Assembly (NCBI RefSeq): GCF_006345805.1
Contig: NC_043004.1
Span: forward strand, 105,462,001-105,526,000
Direction of reading: 5' to 3'
From: Octopus sinensis
Taxonomy: Eukaryota
Length of the DNA: 64,000 nucleotides
Shown: in pieces, positions 50,125 to 63,077 of the stretch
Layout: each line of letters starts with the position of its first letter
Position numbering within the stretch: the first letter of the stretch is position 1
The notes under the pieces: generated by a model
What the model saw: only the letters and a program-made list of their open reading frames with translations
What the model was told of the DNA's origin: nothing
Database searches by the model: none
Position numbers and translations under genes: made by a program

Positions 50125-50305
50125 AAATTGCTAGCCACTAAACCTTTTTTATTTTGTCTCCCTATTTATTTCTGTGCCCCTTTCTGCCGAAGTGCATAGG
50201 CTCGAAACGTAAAAGACTTTCACACTTCCTGAGTGTTAAACTAATACATCTGTTTGTTGTTTACACACCTGTCTTCGCGTTTTGTTTTTTTGTAAATTCT
50301 TGCTA
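50125..50305 (+). mobile_element. pLTR-like repeat family H3 with mutated hammerhead
   Basis: CTTT-CTGCCGA-AGTGCATAGGCTC-GAAAC-GTA-AAAG (50180-50215). Core A6 is replaced by C. Confidence 0.6.
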
Positions 50306-50311
50306 TATATA

Positions 50312-50728
50312 GGCACCGGAGTGGCTGTGTGCTAAGTAGCTTGCTTACCAACCACATGATTTTGAGTTCATTCACTCTGTGTGGCACCTTGGGCCGCGTC
50401 TTCTGCTATAGACTCGGGCTGACCAAAGCCTTGTGAGTGGATTTGGTTGACGGAAACTGAAAGAAGCCTGTTGTATATATGTGTATATATATATATATAC
50501 ACACATATGTATATGTGTGTATGTGTGTATGTTTGTCCACCCAACATCGCTTGACAACTGATGGTAGCGTGTTTATGTCGCCATAACTTAGTGGTTCAGC
50601 AAAATAGACCGATAGAATAAGTATTAGGCTTCCAAAGAATAAGTCCTTTGGTCGATTTGCTCAACTAAAGGCAGTGCCTCCAGCATGGCTGTAGTTAAAT
50701 GACTGAAACAAGTAAAAGAGTAAAAGAG

Positions 50729-50730
<2 letters not shown>
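50312..50730 (+). mobile_element. SINE family A
   Basis: Full head-to-tail match. Confidence 0.88.
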
Positions 50731-50771
<41 letters not shown>

Positions 50772-50781
50772 ATATATATAT

Positions 50782-51290
50782 ACTAGTAGTATCGCCCGGC
50801 GTTGCTCGGATTTGTAAGGGAAATAACTATATAAGCATTTTTAGAGAGTTACTACTTCCCTTATAGATGCCAATTCGGGCTTCTTAGCCATTTCTGTTTT
50901 GGTGTCTTCAAGCCATGAAGTCGTTGTTCTAAAAGAACGCTGGTCTCCTTGACAACGCCTTACGACGTTGATTTCCTTACACTCCCTTCCCCACAGCTTC
51001 ACGAGGGAGGGAAGAAGGGGGAGAAGCAACAGGTGCAGGTGTGACCATGGACGCCAACTCCGCCGCCATCAACACACGAAAATTATGCATTAAAATGGAA
51101 TAAAAAATGATGTTAAATTATTTTTAAAATCGTAGACTCATCGTAGACGCGCGCTAATAGCCAGATGGGCTCGATATGAATCACGACTATAATATACCCG
51201 AATTTGTTAACTGAAACAAACTGCACCGAAATGTGGAGTGGTTAGGAATCTAATCGTAGGAGACAGACACTCACACAACTACAGTTTTAT
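50782..51290 (-). mobile_element. non-autonomous Helitron-type element
   Basis: Minus-strand 5' end (TA)nAAAACTGTAGTTGTGTGAGTGTCTGTCT; 3' end CCGAGCAACGCCGGG hairpin followed by CTAG|T. Confidence 0.65.
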
Positions 51291-52071
51291 ATATATATAT
51301 ATATATATTCGAAACGTAGAGTAGATGAAACCTTAGCGACTGAAAAGGGGTTTTTTCGTTGTGCTAATTGTCCTGTACTCCTTTTTTTCTTGTTCCTGTT
51401 CCTTGGTTTGTGTCCAGTTTTTTCGTCTCTCTATGTGTTCGACGTCTTTTTGGTGTCCTGTAACATATATGGCGTGTATATGTACATTATAGGTAGGTAC
51501 GTACATATGTTTATATATATGCATATTTCTATTCTTTTATTAATATATATACATACATACATACATGTATGTGTGTATATATATATACATACATACATAC
51601 ATGTATGTGTATATATATATACATACATACATACATATATATATATATATGTATATACATATATATATATTTGTATGCGTGGGTGAATGTATACGTGTAT
51701 GTTTCCCTATTTCCTATTTCCTGATAGTTGTTATACAAGTAGTGTCACTCATTTCCAGTATTCTGCAAAAACATGGAATAACATCCCCTTCCTAGGAAAC
51801 CACAAGTGATGGTTGGTGACAGAAAGGGCATCAGACTGCAGAAAAGATGCTTCAACTGGTTCTGTTTGACCCATGCAAGCATGTGAAAGAGGTTGTTTAA
51901 CAGTGATGACGACGAGGACGCACACTCACAACCACACACACACACATATATTCTTATATATATATAATATATATAATATATTATTTTCCAATTGAGGGCA
52001 AAATTAATTATTATTAATCATTTCACCAAGTGTTCAGTATGCAAAGGGACCATTCAAGGCGAATTCAAATT

Positions 52072-52230
52072 ATTACATTATATAAAAGGGCTTAGTAAAA
52101 TAATTACTTTGCCGCATACTGAACTCATTAAAATAGCAGCTAAAAACTTCTGGCTATTTTAGCTGCTATTTCTAATGAGTTCAGTATGCGGCAAAGTAAT
52201 TTATTTTACTAAGCCTTTTATAAATGTAAT
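52072..52230. repeat. near-perfect 160-bp hairpin
   Basis: cttagtaaaataattactttgccgcatactgaactcatta.aaatagcagctaaaa / ttttagctgctatttctaatgagttcagtatgcggcaaagtaatttattttactaag. Confidence 0.9.
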
Positions 52231-52251
52231 ATATATATATATAGATATATG

Positions 52252-52565
52252 TGGAGGCGCAATGGCTCAGTGGTTAGAGCAGCCGACTCGCGGTCGTAGG
52301 ATCAAGGTTTCGATTCCCAGACCGGGCGTTGTGAGTGTTTATTGAGCAAAAACACCTAAAGCTCCACGGTGCTCCTGCAGGGGGTGGTGGTGATCCCTGC
52401 TGTACTCTTTCGCCACAGCTTTCTCTCACCCTTGTCTTCTGTTGGCCTGCTCGCTTAGCCAGCAGGGTGGCCTCATTTGAAGGCTAAAACAATGTGAAGC
52501 GCATTGTGACCAGCGATGTATAACAACATCTGATAACCTGGTCGGTCACGGTGATCACGGTGATA
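52252..52565 (+). mobile_element. SINE family D (OK-like), tail type 2
   Basis: A box tggctcagtggttag, B box gtttcgattcc, tail ...ctggtcggtcacggtgatcacggtgat. Confidence 0.8.
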
Positions 52566-52739
52566 TACATATATATTTGTGGCATATGTAGATTTATGCC
52601 ATATACTTATTTTCATTTTTCTAGTTGACATTTCAAGAACTTTCCTTCACAAGTTCACTTCACATTGTGTAACGTCCACCTTTGATATTTGGGAATACAA
52701 GATTATGACTTTGCTAAACAAGCAGATACTCTTATATCA

Positions 52740-54365
52740 TTACCTTCCCCTTCCCTCTCCTCTTCTTGTCTTTCCTTTGTTGTTATCATCATCGTCCTCC
52801 TCCTCTCTGTTCCTCGCCTCCACCCCATCCCCTCTCTCCTCACCTCCTCCAGCCTCTCCTCTTCCTTGCTCCACCTCAATCTTCTTTCTCTTCCTCCAAT
52901 TGCTCTTCCTTTCTCTTCTTCCTCCTGCTCCTCCTCATTTCCTCTTTTGCTCCTCCTCTCTTTTCCTCTTCCCCTCTCCTTCTCTTCCTTCCCAACCTCT
53001 TCTTTTCCCCTTCCTCATTGCCTTCCTCCTTGCCCTTCATCCCCCACTCCCTCCTTCCCTCTCCCCCTCCCTTTGTCCTCTTCCTCACCATTATGCCCTT
53101 CCTCTACCTCCTCATCTCTCCCTTCCTCTTACCTTTCCCCTCTTTCCTCTCACTTTTTCTCCCCTTCTTTTCTTCTTAATTCTCATCATTTTTTAATAAC
53201 ACAATTGAAAATATTCACTCCAAATTGTTTTCATAATTTGCATCTTCTCAAACAAATCCTTATTTTGTCTTCACACCAAAATGCTAAGGGTAATGGCTGT
53301 TCAGTTTTTTCTTTCACTTCTTACAAATTCTTTCACAAACCGTTCTGTTCTCATTAGGGTTTCTAATCTATTTTACTATAATTTTGTTCCCCCTTTCATT
53401 ATTTTTCTTTCTTCTTACAACCCCTACCCCTCAAAAAACAAACATTTCTTGCATTGATTTCCTTCCATCAACACATTTCTTATTTTCTCTGATTCATTCT
53501 CCAAGATCTCCTTTTACCATTTTCTTTGCCTCTACTTTTTTGGTTTATGTCTGTTTATCTCTTCCACCTCCACTTCCTCTTCTGCCACCTGTTCTTCCTC
53601 CACCTCTTCTTCCATCTCTTCATCCACCTCTTCTTCTTTCACCACCTCTTCTTCCTCCTCTCCCCTTCCTTTTCCTTTTCATCCACCTCTTCTTCCTCTT
53701 CCTCCTCCCATTCCCCTTCCTCTTCATTCTCCACTTCCACTTCCTTCTCCACTTCCACTTCCTCCTCCCATTCCCCTTCCTCTTCCTTCTCCCCTTCCTT
53801 TTCCTCCTCCATTCCCCTTCCTCTCCTCTTCCTTCTCCCCTTCCGCTTCCTCCTCCCATTCCCCTTCCTCTCCTCTTTCCCCCTTCCTCTTCCTCCTCCC
53901 TTCCTTTTCCTCTTCTTCACTGCCTCTTCCTTTCTTTTTCCTCTTCAGCCACCCCCTTCCCTTCCCCTTCTTTCCCTCCCCTCTTCCCCAAAACCTCTTC
54001 CTCACATTCGCCTCCCCCATATCCTCTTCTCCTTCTTTTTCTTTCCCCTCTCCTCACATCCTCCTCTCCCTCTTCATCATACTCTTTCTTCCCTTCCTTT
54101 TCCTTTTCCTCCTTTGCCTTCTCTTCCTCATTACTCCTCTGCCCCATCCCTGCCTCATCTCTTCTTTACTCCTCATCTTTCACCTTCATCCTCCGCTCTC
54201 CCTCCTCCTTCTTCTCCTTCCTCCTCCGCCTTTCTCCCTTCCTCCCTCCTCCCCTCCTCCTTTTCTTCCACCACCTTTTCTTCCTCTTTCCCTACCTCCT
54301 CTTCCCCCCACCTTTTCTTTTTCTTTCCCTACCTCCTATTCTTCTTCCTCTCCCTCCTCTTCCTC
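52740..54365. repeat. very long polypyrimidine/polypurine low-complexity tracts (52740-53190 and 53530-54365)
   Basis: Almost exclusively C/T on the plus strand. Source of the spurious 137-353 aa ORFs. Confidence 0.95.
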
Positions 54366-54624
54366 TGCGTCAGGTGTCCATGCTTTCAAGGTGTTCCAAT
54401 AACCAAGTGAACTCAACAGAACAAAGTCAACTCAAGTGTGTTTAATAGCTGAGTCACTTCAGCAGGATCTGTGATAGCCTCAACACGTATAAGTTAACAA
54501 AATCAAGATGAGTCAAAAAACACTCTAAACCTTCGACTAACCACTCTATAATTTCTCTTAGTGTTGACTACTCTAGTGCTTCACAAACTGAAAAATATTA
54601 TAATGTTGGGGTAATAATCTACCT

Positions 54625-55035
54625 ACTCTTTACTCTTTACTCTTTTACTTGTTTCAGTCATTTTGACTGCGGCCATGCTGGAGCACCGCCTTTAGTCGAG
54701 CAAATCGACCCCGGGACTTATTCTTTGTAAGCCCAGTACTTATTCTATCGGTCTCTTTTGCCGAACCGCTAAGTGACGGGGACGTAAACACACCAGCATC
54801 GGTTGTGAAGCAATGCTAGCGGGACAAACACAGACACACACACATATATATATATATATATACATATATACGACGGGCTTCTTTCAGTTTCTGTCTACCA
54901 AATCCACTCACAAGGCATTGGTCGGCCCAGGGCTATAGCAGAAGACACTTGCCCAAGATGCCACGCAGTGGGACTGAACCCGGAACCATGTGGTTGGTAA
55001 GCAAGCCACTTACCACACAGCCACTCCTGCGCCTA
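54625..55035 (-). mobile_element. SINE family A, full length
   Basis: Close match to 10193-10610. More diverged copies at about 55505-55915 and 56190-56520 (both minus). Confidence 0.9.
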
Positions 55036-55044
55036 CTGCCACCT

Positions 55045-55300
55045 TTTTATTAATTAATCGTTTCTTATTTCTTTACTGCCCACAAGGGGCTACACACAGA
55101 GGGGACAAACAAAGACCACAAAGGGATTAAGTCGATTACATCGATCCCAGTGCGTAACTGGTACTTAATTTATTGATCCCGAGAGGATGAAAGGCAAAGT
55201 CGACCTCGGCTGAATTTGAACTCAGAACGTAAAGACAGACAAAATACCACTAAGTATTTCGCCCAGCGTGCTAACGTTTCTGCCAGCTTGCCACCTTATA
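55045..55300 (-). mobile_element. SINE family B, full length
   Basis: Head to tttctttactgcccacaaggggctac tail. Confidence 0.85.
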
Positions 55301-55933
55301 TTAATTAATTGTTTCTAGCATAAGGGTAGCTGTGTGGTTAAGAAGCTCACTTTACAGCCACATGGTTTCAGGTTCATTCCCACTGTGCAGCACCTTTAGC
55401 ACTACTTTAGCCCTGAGCAGATCAATGCTTTGTGAGTGGATTAGTGGATTTATTGGACAGAAACTGTACAGAATCCATTGTATAATTTTTATATATATCC
55501 TTTTATTTTTTTTATTCTTTTATTCTTTTACATGTTTCATCCATTTGACTGTGGCCATGATGGAGCACTGCCTTAAAGAGTTTTAGTCAAAAAGAATCAA
55601 CTCTCTGGACTTACTCTTTGTAAGCCTAGTACTTATTCTATCAATCTCTTCTGCTGGGGACATAAACACACCAATATCAGTTATCAAACAATGGTGGAGG
55701 GACAAAGACACACACATAAATATATCTATACACACACACACACATATATACGATGGGCTTCTTTCAGTTTCCGTCTACCAAATCCACCCACAAGGCTTTG
55801 GTCAGCCTGGGGCTATAGCAGAAGACACTTGCTCAAGGTGCTATGCAGTTGGACTGAACCTTGAACCATGTGGTTGGGAAGCAAGCTTCTTACCGCATAG
55901 CGATGCCTGCACTGATATGTGTGTGTGTGTGTA

Positions 55934-56037
55934 TAAGAAAATGAGACGGCAATGGAATGAATGATTATCTTATGAATTTCATTAATTAATGAAGTTCATA
56001 AGATAATCATTCATTCCTTTATCATCTCATTTTCTTA
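55934..56037. repeat. 104-bp palindrome (possible tiny MITE)
   Basis: taagaaaatgaga..ggaatgaatgattatcttatgaa.ttcattaattaatgaa.ttcataagataatcattcattcc..tctcattttctta. Confidence 0.9.
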
Positions 56038-56122
56038 TTACTGTTCTGTATTTGTCAAAAGACTTTGTTCTGAAACATACGCATATTGAGTTCTACATCA
56101 AATAGAAGTGAAATATATATAT

Positions 56123-56156
<34 letters not shown>

Positions 56157-57928
56157 ATATAATATATATAAATATATATATATATAATTTTTTTATTCTT
56201 TTCTTTTATTCTTTTACTTGTTTCAGTCATCTGACTGTGGCCATGCTGGAGCACCACCTTTAGTAGAACAAATTGACCCTAGGACTTATTCTATGTAAGC
56301 CTAGTAATTATTCTATAGGCCTCTTTTGCTGAACTGCTAAGTTACGGGGTCATAAACACACCAACATCGGTTGTCAAGTGATGGTTGGGAGACAAACACA
56401 GACACACAAATACACCCCCCCCCACACATACAATGGGCTTCTTTCAGTTTCTGTCTATCAAATCCACTCATAAGGCTTTGGTTGGCCTGAGGCTATAGTA
56501 GAAGACACTTGTCCAAGGGAATTGAACTCATGAACTTACAGTTGTGAGCCGACCACCTCAACCACTAAGCCATACATTGTCACTCATGAGAAACACCAAA
56601 CTGATATACTTTAGATAAACTTATAGACTATTAAATAAATCTTGCGGATTTTCCCTCCTTGTCACCTAAGCATGTAGGTGAGTGGCGTTGTGGTTAGGGT
56701 GTTGCACTCACAATACCAAGGTCGTGGTTTTGATTCCCATGCTGAGCAGTGAATTGCATTCTTGAGAAAAATACTTCATTTCATGTGGCACCAATTCACT
56801 CAGCTGAAATGCGTAACCCTGTGATGGACTAGTGTTTTGATCAGGGTCAATGTGATCTTAGTCACCAATACACCATGGAAACCAAGTAAGTGGCCCCATG
56901 AGTCATAGGATTGTAGGTAATAAGTACCAAACTTAAAACAAAAGTATTGGGGACAGTTTGTTTCACTAATCACTTCAAGACAGTGTCCCTGCATGGCCAC
57001 AATCCAATGACTGAAACAAGTGAGAGCCTGAAACTTTGGGGGCTGAGTGTTAGTCAATTAAATCTATTGCAGTATTTCATTAGTACTTTACTTTACTGTC
57101 CCTAAAGGGATGAGTTGACTTCAGTAGGATTTGAACTCAGAATGTAAAGAGCAAGAACAAATGCAGTAAAGCAATTTTTCCAACCCAATATCAATTCTGC
57201 CAATCTATCACTCTTCACCTCTTTATTTATGAGAAGGCAAAAATTGAGTCTACATCCAAAGCAGACAACGAAGACCAATACAGCCCTTAGGGGTGTCAGA
57301 TCTTGTTGAGCCATCCAAAATGTGCCAATATAGAATGCAACCCCAAATACACTTCGGATAGTGCTCCTGATTTACATGGTACCCACAGCAAGTTAAAATT
57401 CTGACCACATATGTACACACATGTAAATACAACCATCAACGCATGCATAAATACAACATATACATGCACACTCACACATGCACACATACATTCTAGGCAC
57501 ATGCACATATATGCACCCACACTTTTTATCCTCTTACAATACCACGCCATCAGCATTGCACAAAGAACTAAAACATTTTCAAGAAAAGAGAATATTATTT
57601 CTAGCTCTTTCCTCCTTCCTCCTTCCCTCACACAAGTAACACCTCTACCATTTCAATACCACCGTCACCAGCACACATCTGGACAAATGTAGAAAGTAGC
57701 TTACGTCTTGTATCTCATCTTCTCTCATATCGCAATATTTTTCTGCTAGAAAAATCTCATAATTTAATTTGGACAAATTTTGATTTAATCAAAATATCAA
57801 ACAAAGCCCCGTTTGAAGTGGAAAACTTATTAGTGTGTTCAGTAATTCTAGTCCTGAAATACACAGGCAAAGCAGTCTTCAAATATGACAGACAAAATTA
57901 TATAAATATATAATATATATAATATATA

Positions 57929-57965
<37 letters not shown>

Positions 57966-57967
57966 AC

Positions 57968-57999
<32 letters not shown>

Positions 58000-58010
58000 A
58001 TATACATCTG

Positions 58011-58069
<59 letters not shown>

Positions 58070-59672
58070 ATATATAATATATATATTTAAATATATATCT
58101 AATAATATTAAACTTTGTTAAAAAATAAGAATTCTCCTCCAAAAATGGAGATTTTTAAGAAACTGTGTTGGGAGCTTGAAACTTAAAGAAAATATATAAA
58201 ATATACAAAAGAAATACCATATTTGATGGCGCAAAAGACATACAGGCATATTAAACACATTCCAATTTCAACTACGTATATTCAGGTAAAAAAAGTTTTG
58301 AATTCATTAACGCATGTAATAGAGGTTCAACTTCACATATAGGACCCAGAGATGATTTTTTTTGAGACATTTTTTTGGAGATAGCAAAAAATGAGCTGAT
58401 TTAGGATAAAGACATGCCAAAAGTAGGTGTGGTGGTTTACATTCATTGTCTTCTTAGTATGGATGTCATTGACATTAAGCTGATCTGATTATGTCTTTTT
58501 TCATTCTACCTAGTCTTGTTATGAAGATGAAATTGTCCTGTCCAGTAGTTGTTGTTTGGTCTATCCCCCGTCATATCATCATTGTTTTAATATCCACTTT
58601 TCAATACCTGTTGAGATGGATTTTCTACAATTGGATGTCCTTCCTGTAGCCAATCCCCACATGCTTCCAGTTAAGATAATATTTCCCCATGACCAGGTAT
58701 GTTTCCATGGCAGATTGGAAACAAAGGACACACCTGTGCATGATGGTGACACTCATTTACAGCTATCACATGATGTCAAGGCAAGGAGATGGTAATACAT
58801 ATTCTCTCTCTCTCACACACACATGATAGGTTTTCTTCAGTTTCCATCTACCAAATTCACTCACAAGACTTCGGTCAACCCAGGGCAATAGTAGAAAACA
58901 TTCGCCCAGGTACCACAGAGAAGGAAAGAACTACCACCACCACCACCACCACTACTATTACTACTAATGAGTGGGAGAGTAGCGCATGCCATCAAAGTGA
59001 CTCTACAGTATGAAAATGTGAAACCCAATATACTCATCATGACTACCTGCCTCGTAAGGGTACACCAGGCACATGCATCACAACCATATGTGCATGACAT
59101 GGTGATCTCATATCAAGATAAACAGCACATGGCCTTGCAGGTGGGGCCCAGTTAGAATTTTCTTCTGATCAAGTAGCTCATCCCGCTCAAAAGGTCCCAG
59201 AATAATGATTGTTATGGATGTAGCCCATCTTTTATACCAAGACAAAACATGTACATGATAATACTTCCAATCAGTTAAGATTTGCAGCCATGAGAGCCAC
59301 TGTCTGGTACTGCATCAGGGCAATTATTATTATTATTATTATTATTAAGGTGGCAAGCTAGCAGAAACATTAGCATACAGGGTGAAATGCTTAGTGGTAT
59401 TTTGTCTGTCTTTTGGGCTGTGAGTTAAAATTCTGTTGCGGCTTTATTTACCTTTCATCCTTTTTTGGTTGATAAAGTAAACACAAGCAAAACACTGGGG
59501 TCAATGTAATCAACTGGTTCCTTCCCTCCAAATTTCTGGCCTTGTGCCTTCGGTAGAAAGGATTATTATTATCATTACGGTGGCAAGCTAAGGCAACCAC
59601 CTGGCAGTATCGTTAGCACACTTAGTGGCATTTCATCCATCACTATGTTCTGGGTTCAAATCTCACTGAGGT

Positions 59673-60204
59673 TGAACATTGCAAAGCTGTGACATGAGGA
59701 GATATTGATAAATCGGGTATAGGTGATCATGTATGGAAAAATGGAGACCAACTCCCCCTGTGGGATGAAGTTAAAATAATAGACAGAGAACACCACTGGA
59801 AAATACAGAAACTAAAAGAAGCAGCACACATGCTAGGACACAACAACCTCCTAAGCAGACTGAGTGCAGATATGAGTAGCATATGGGAACCAGTATTAAG
59901 GAAGGATTGGAAAATATTAGATTTATAAGCCCTGAAATTCACTCCATAATTGCTCAAGGGCATATGGCGTAGTGGTTAAGAGCACAGGCTACTAACCTCA
60001 AGATTCCGAGTTTGATACCAAGCAGTGACCTGAACACTAATAATAATAAGAAGAAGAAGAACATCAAAAAATACCTTAGGAATGAGAACCCAGATTCGAA
60101 ATTTCCACAATGCACCTGAAGAAGGTAAACAAGATGAGGACAAATATCCGTCGAATGTAAATAATGTAAATAATGCACAGAATTCCTCATCTCTTAAATA
60201 TAGA
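59673..60204 (+). mobile_element. 5'-truncated Penelope-like element: GIY-YIG endonuclease C-terminus plus pLTR, 8-bp TSD, nested in a family B SINE
   Basis: 59674-59928 reads EHCKAVT*GDIDKSGIGDHVWKNGDQLPLWDEVKIIDREHHWKIQKLKEAAHML...IWEPVLRKDWKILDL*. TSD actgaggt at 59665-59672 and 60205-60212. Confidence 0.8.
59958..60030 (+). promoter_or_regulatory. tRNA-like Pol III A/B-box cassette inside the PLE terminal repeat
   Basis: A box TGGCGTAGTGG, anticodon-like loop CTACTAA, B-box-like GAGTTTGATACC. Not a foldable intact tRNA. Confidence 0.6.
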
Positions 60205-60607
60205 ACTGAGGTCGACTTTGTTTTTCATCCTTTTGGGGATCAATAAATAAAGTACCAGCTGAGCACTGGGGTTGACGTAATCAAGAAGCCCTTTTCCCCA
60301 TAATTTCAGGCCTTGTGCCTATAGTAGAAAGGATTATTAAGATGACATGCTGGGAAAAACTTTAGCATGCCAGACATAATGCTTAGAGCCATTTCATATG
60401 TCTTTCTGTTCGAAGCTGAAATTCTACTGAGGTCAGCTTTGCTTTTCATTTCATCCTTTCAGGGTTGATTAAATAAATACCAGTACTGGGGGCTAATGTA
60501 ATTAAATTTCCTGTCCCTCAAAATTGCCAGTATTGTGCCAAAATTAGAAAGTATTGTTATTATGGCTGTTGTTCTTGTTAATGATAATGATAATAATTAG
60601 AATTATT

Positions 60608-61000
60608 AGGCGCAGGAGTGGCTGTGTGGTAAGAAGCATGCTTACCAACCACATGGTCCTGGGTTCAGTCCCACTGCATAGCACCTTGGGCAAGTGTCTT
60701 TTACTATAGCCTCGGGCCAACCAAAGCCTTGTGAGTGGATTTGGTAGACAGAAACTGGAAGAAGCCTGTCGGATATGTATATATATATATATATGTTTGT
60801 GTGTTTGTTTGTCCCCAACCATCGCTTGACAACCGATGCTGGTGTGTTTACGTCCCCGTCACTTAGCGGTTCAGCAAAAGACACAGATAGAATAAGTACT
60901 AGGCTTACAAAGAATAAGCTCCGGGATCGATTTGTTCAGCTATAAAGGTGGGGCTCCAGCATGGCCACAGTCAAAATGACTGAAACAAGTAAAAGAGTAG
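60608..61000 (+). mobile_element. SINE family A
   Basis: Full head-to-tail match. Confidence 0.88.
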
Positions 61001-61321
61001 AATAATAATAATGATATTTGCTTTAAATGTTCTATTACTGTTTTTATACGCACACATATATATTTGTTAATATACATTACTTTCTCATATAAAATAATAT
61101 GATGAAATACATATGTGTATGTATATGTGTTGCGTGTGTGTGTTTGTGTGTGCATGTGTGTGTGTGGGGCAGGAATGTATGTATGCTTGTATGAGCATGT
61201 ATGTGTTTTTTTTTGTAATATTAATAAGAATAAGAAGATGTGTTTTCTTGGTTGAAATTTTATAAATATGCCGTCAGTCATGACAGTATATATTTAGACA
61301 TGGCCACACCTCTACAACCAT

Positions 61322-61485
61322 CAAAACCACCACCACCACCACCACCACCACCACCACCACCGCCACCAATACCACCACCACCACCACCCACCACCACCAC
61401 CACCACCACCACCACCACCACCACCACCAACCACCACCACCACCACCACCACCACCATCACCACAACCACCACCACCACATCACA
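61322..61485. repeat. (CCA)n microsatellite
   Basis: Direct inspection. Confidence 0.95.
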
Positions 61486-63077
61486 ATATAGCTGTAAAAC
61501 ATGAAAACCAATTAAAACAGATTGGATTTGAATTGAGAAACAATTAGTCACTCTTCTTGATTTATCATGATTGAAATTGTCATCATTGTGACCATTACCA
61601 TTATCAACATCAGTGGCATCACCATTATCATCAATATTAGCATTGGCATGATTTCATCAAGGTTGTCATTGCCATTGTCATTATAATCATCACCATGACT
61701 TTCTTCGTGTCCTTCTCCTTCCCACCTCCCCTCCTCCCCTTCCTCTTTCCCCATTCTTTCTTTTTCCTCCTCTTCCTCTTCTGCTTATAAATTTGCTTTT
61801 TATTGTTGTTGGTTATGAAACAGCAATTTCACCTCATAATTCCACATCTTGTGGAACATGCTGCCATTTTGCAAGAGTGTGCCAGTGAGACTATGGAGTT
61901 AACGGGTCGTCCAGGTGCCAAGTGAACTAATTAACCACATTTAGAGTCTCTAAACGATCATCAACAGATGTAGGCATAGCCACGTGCATAAGAATTTTGC
62001 TTCATTAACACATGATTCCAAATATAATCCTACAGAAAAACACGTTCGACAAATGTCTTCAACTGTAGTCTTGGATTGCCCAATACTATACAAGTAGAAA
62101 TTACTAAATGGAAACTGTGTGAAGCCTTTAATATATCATCATCATCATCATTTAACATTTATTTTCTATGCTGGCATGTGTTGGACAGTTTGACGGGGGC
62201 TGGAAGCTGTACCAGTATCCATTCTGTGTTTTGACATGGTTTCATCTTTCTTTATTGCCCACACTGTGCTGAATATAGAGGGGATAAACAAGGACAGACA
62301 AACGGATTAAGTCGATTATATCGACCCCAGTGTGTAACTGGTACTTAATTTATCGACCTCGAAAGGATGAAAGGCAAAGTTGATCTCAGCGGAATTTGAA
62401 CTCAGAATGTAACGGCAGATGAAATACCGCTAAGCATTTTGCCCGGCATGCTAACATCTCTGCCATCTCACCTGGTTTCTACAGCTAGATGCCCTTTCTA
62501 ATGCCACCCGCTTTATAGAGTGTACTGGGTGTTTTGTTTTTTATAATGTACCAGCACCAGTGCTTTTGACATGGCACTAGCACCGGTGCATTTAAAGTAG
62601 CACCATCACTGACAAGGACACCAAGCATCTTGCAAGACAAAATGGGAAAAACCCTTCAGCTGGGAAGAGGAACTAGTATTGAGGTGCAGCGGCTTTGTGT
62701 CAGTTGAGGGATTAAAGGGATTATAGAGGGGATAGAGATAAAATAATAAACATTGACTGAGTAAAAGGCTGAATACAAATCCAGTTTATATCATGCATGT
62801 ATGTATGTATGTATGAGTGTGAGCATGCATATGTGTGCATGTGTGTGTGCATGCATGCATGTGTGTGTGCATGCATGCATGTGTGTGTGCATGCATGCAT
62901 GTGTGTATGTATATATGGATGTGTATGTATGCATGTATGTGTGTATGTTAATGTATGTATGTGTGTATGTATGTGTGTGTGTGCATGTGTTCATGCATGC
63001 ATGTATGTGTGCATGCGTGGTGGTTGTGTGTGTCTACGTATATATGTATGTATGTATGGATGTGTGTGTGTGTGTAT

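Noticed and set aside
52252-52335. tRNA genes at SINE heads (also 59958, 10193, 6375)
   Set aside because: They have A/B boxes but no complete cloverleaf, and they continue into repeat bodies.
52579-54445. Long ORFs of 137-353 aa (Pro/Leu/Phe/Ser-rich)
   Set aside because: They arise from C/T-only low-complexity DNA that cannot contain stop codons.
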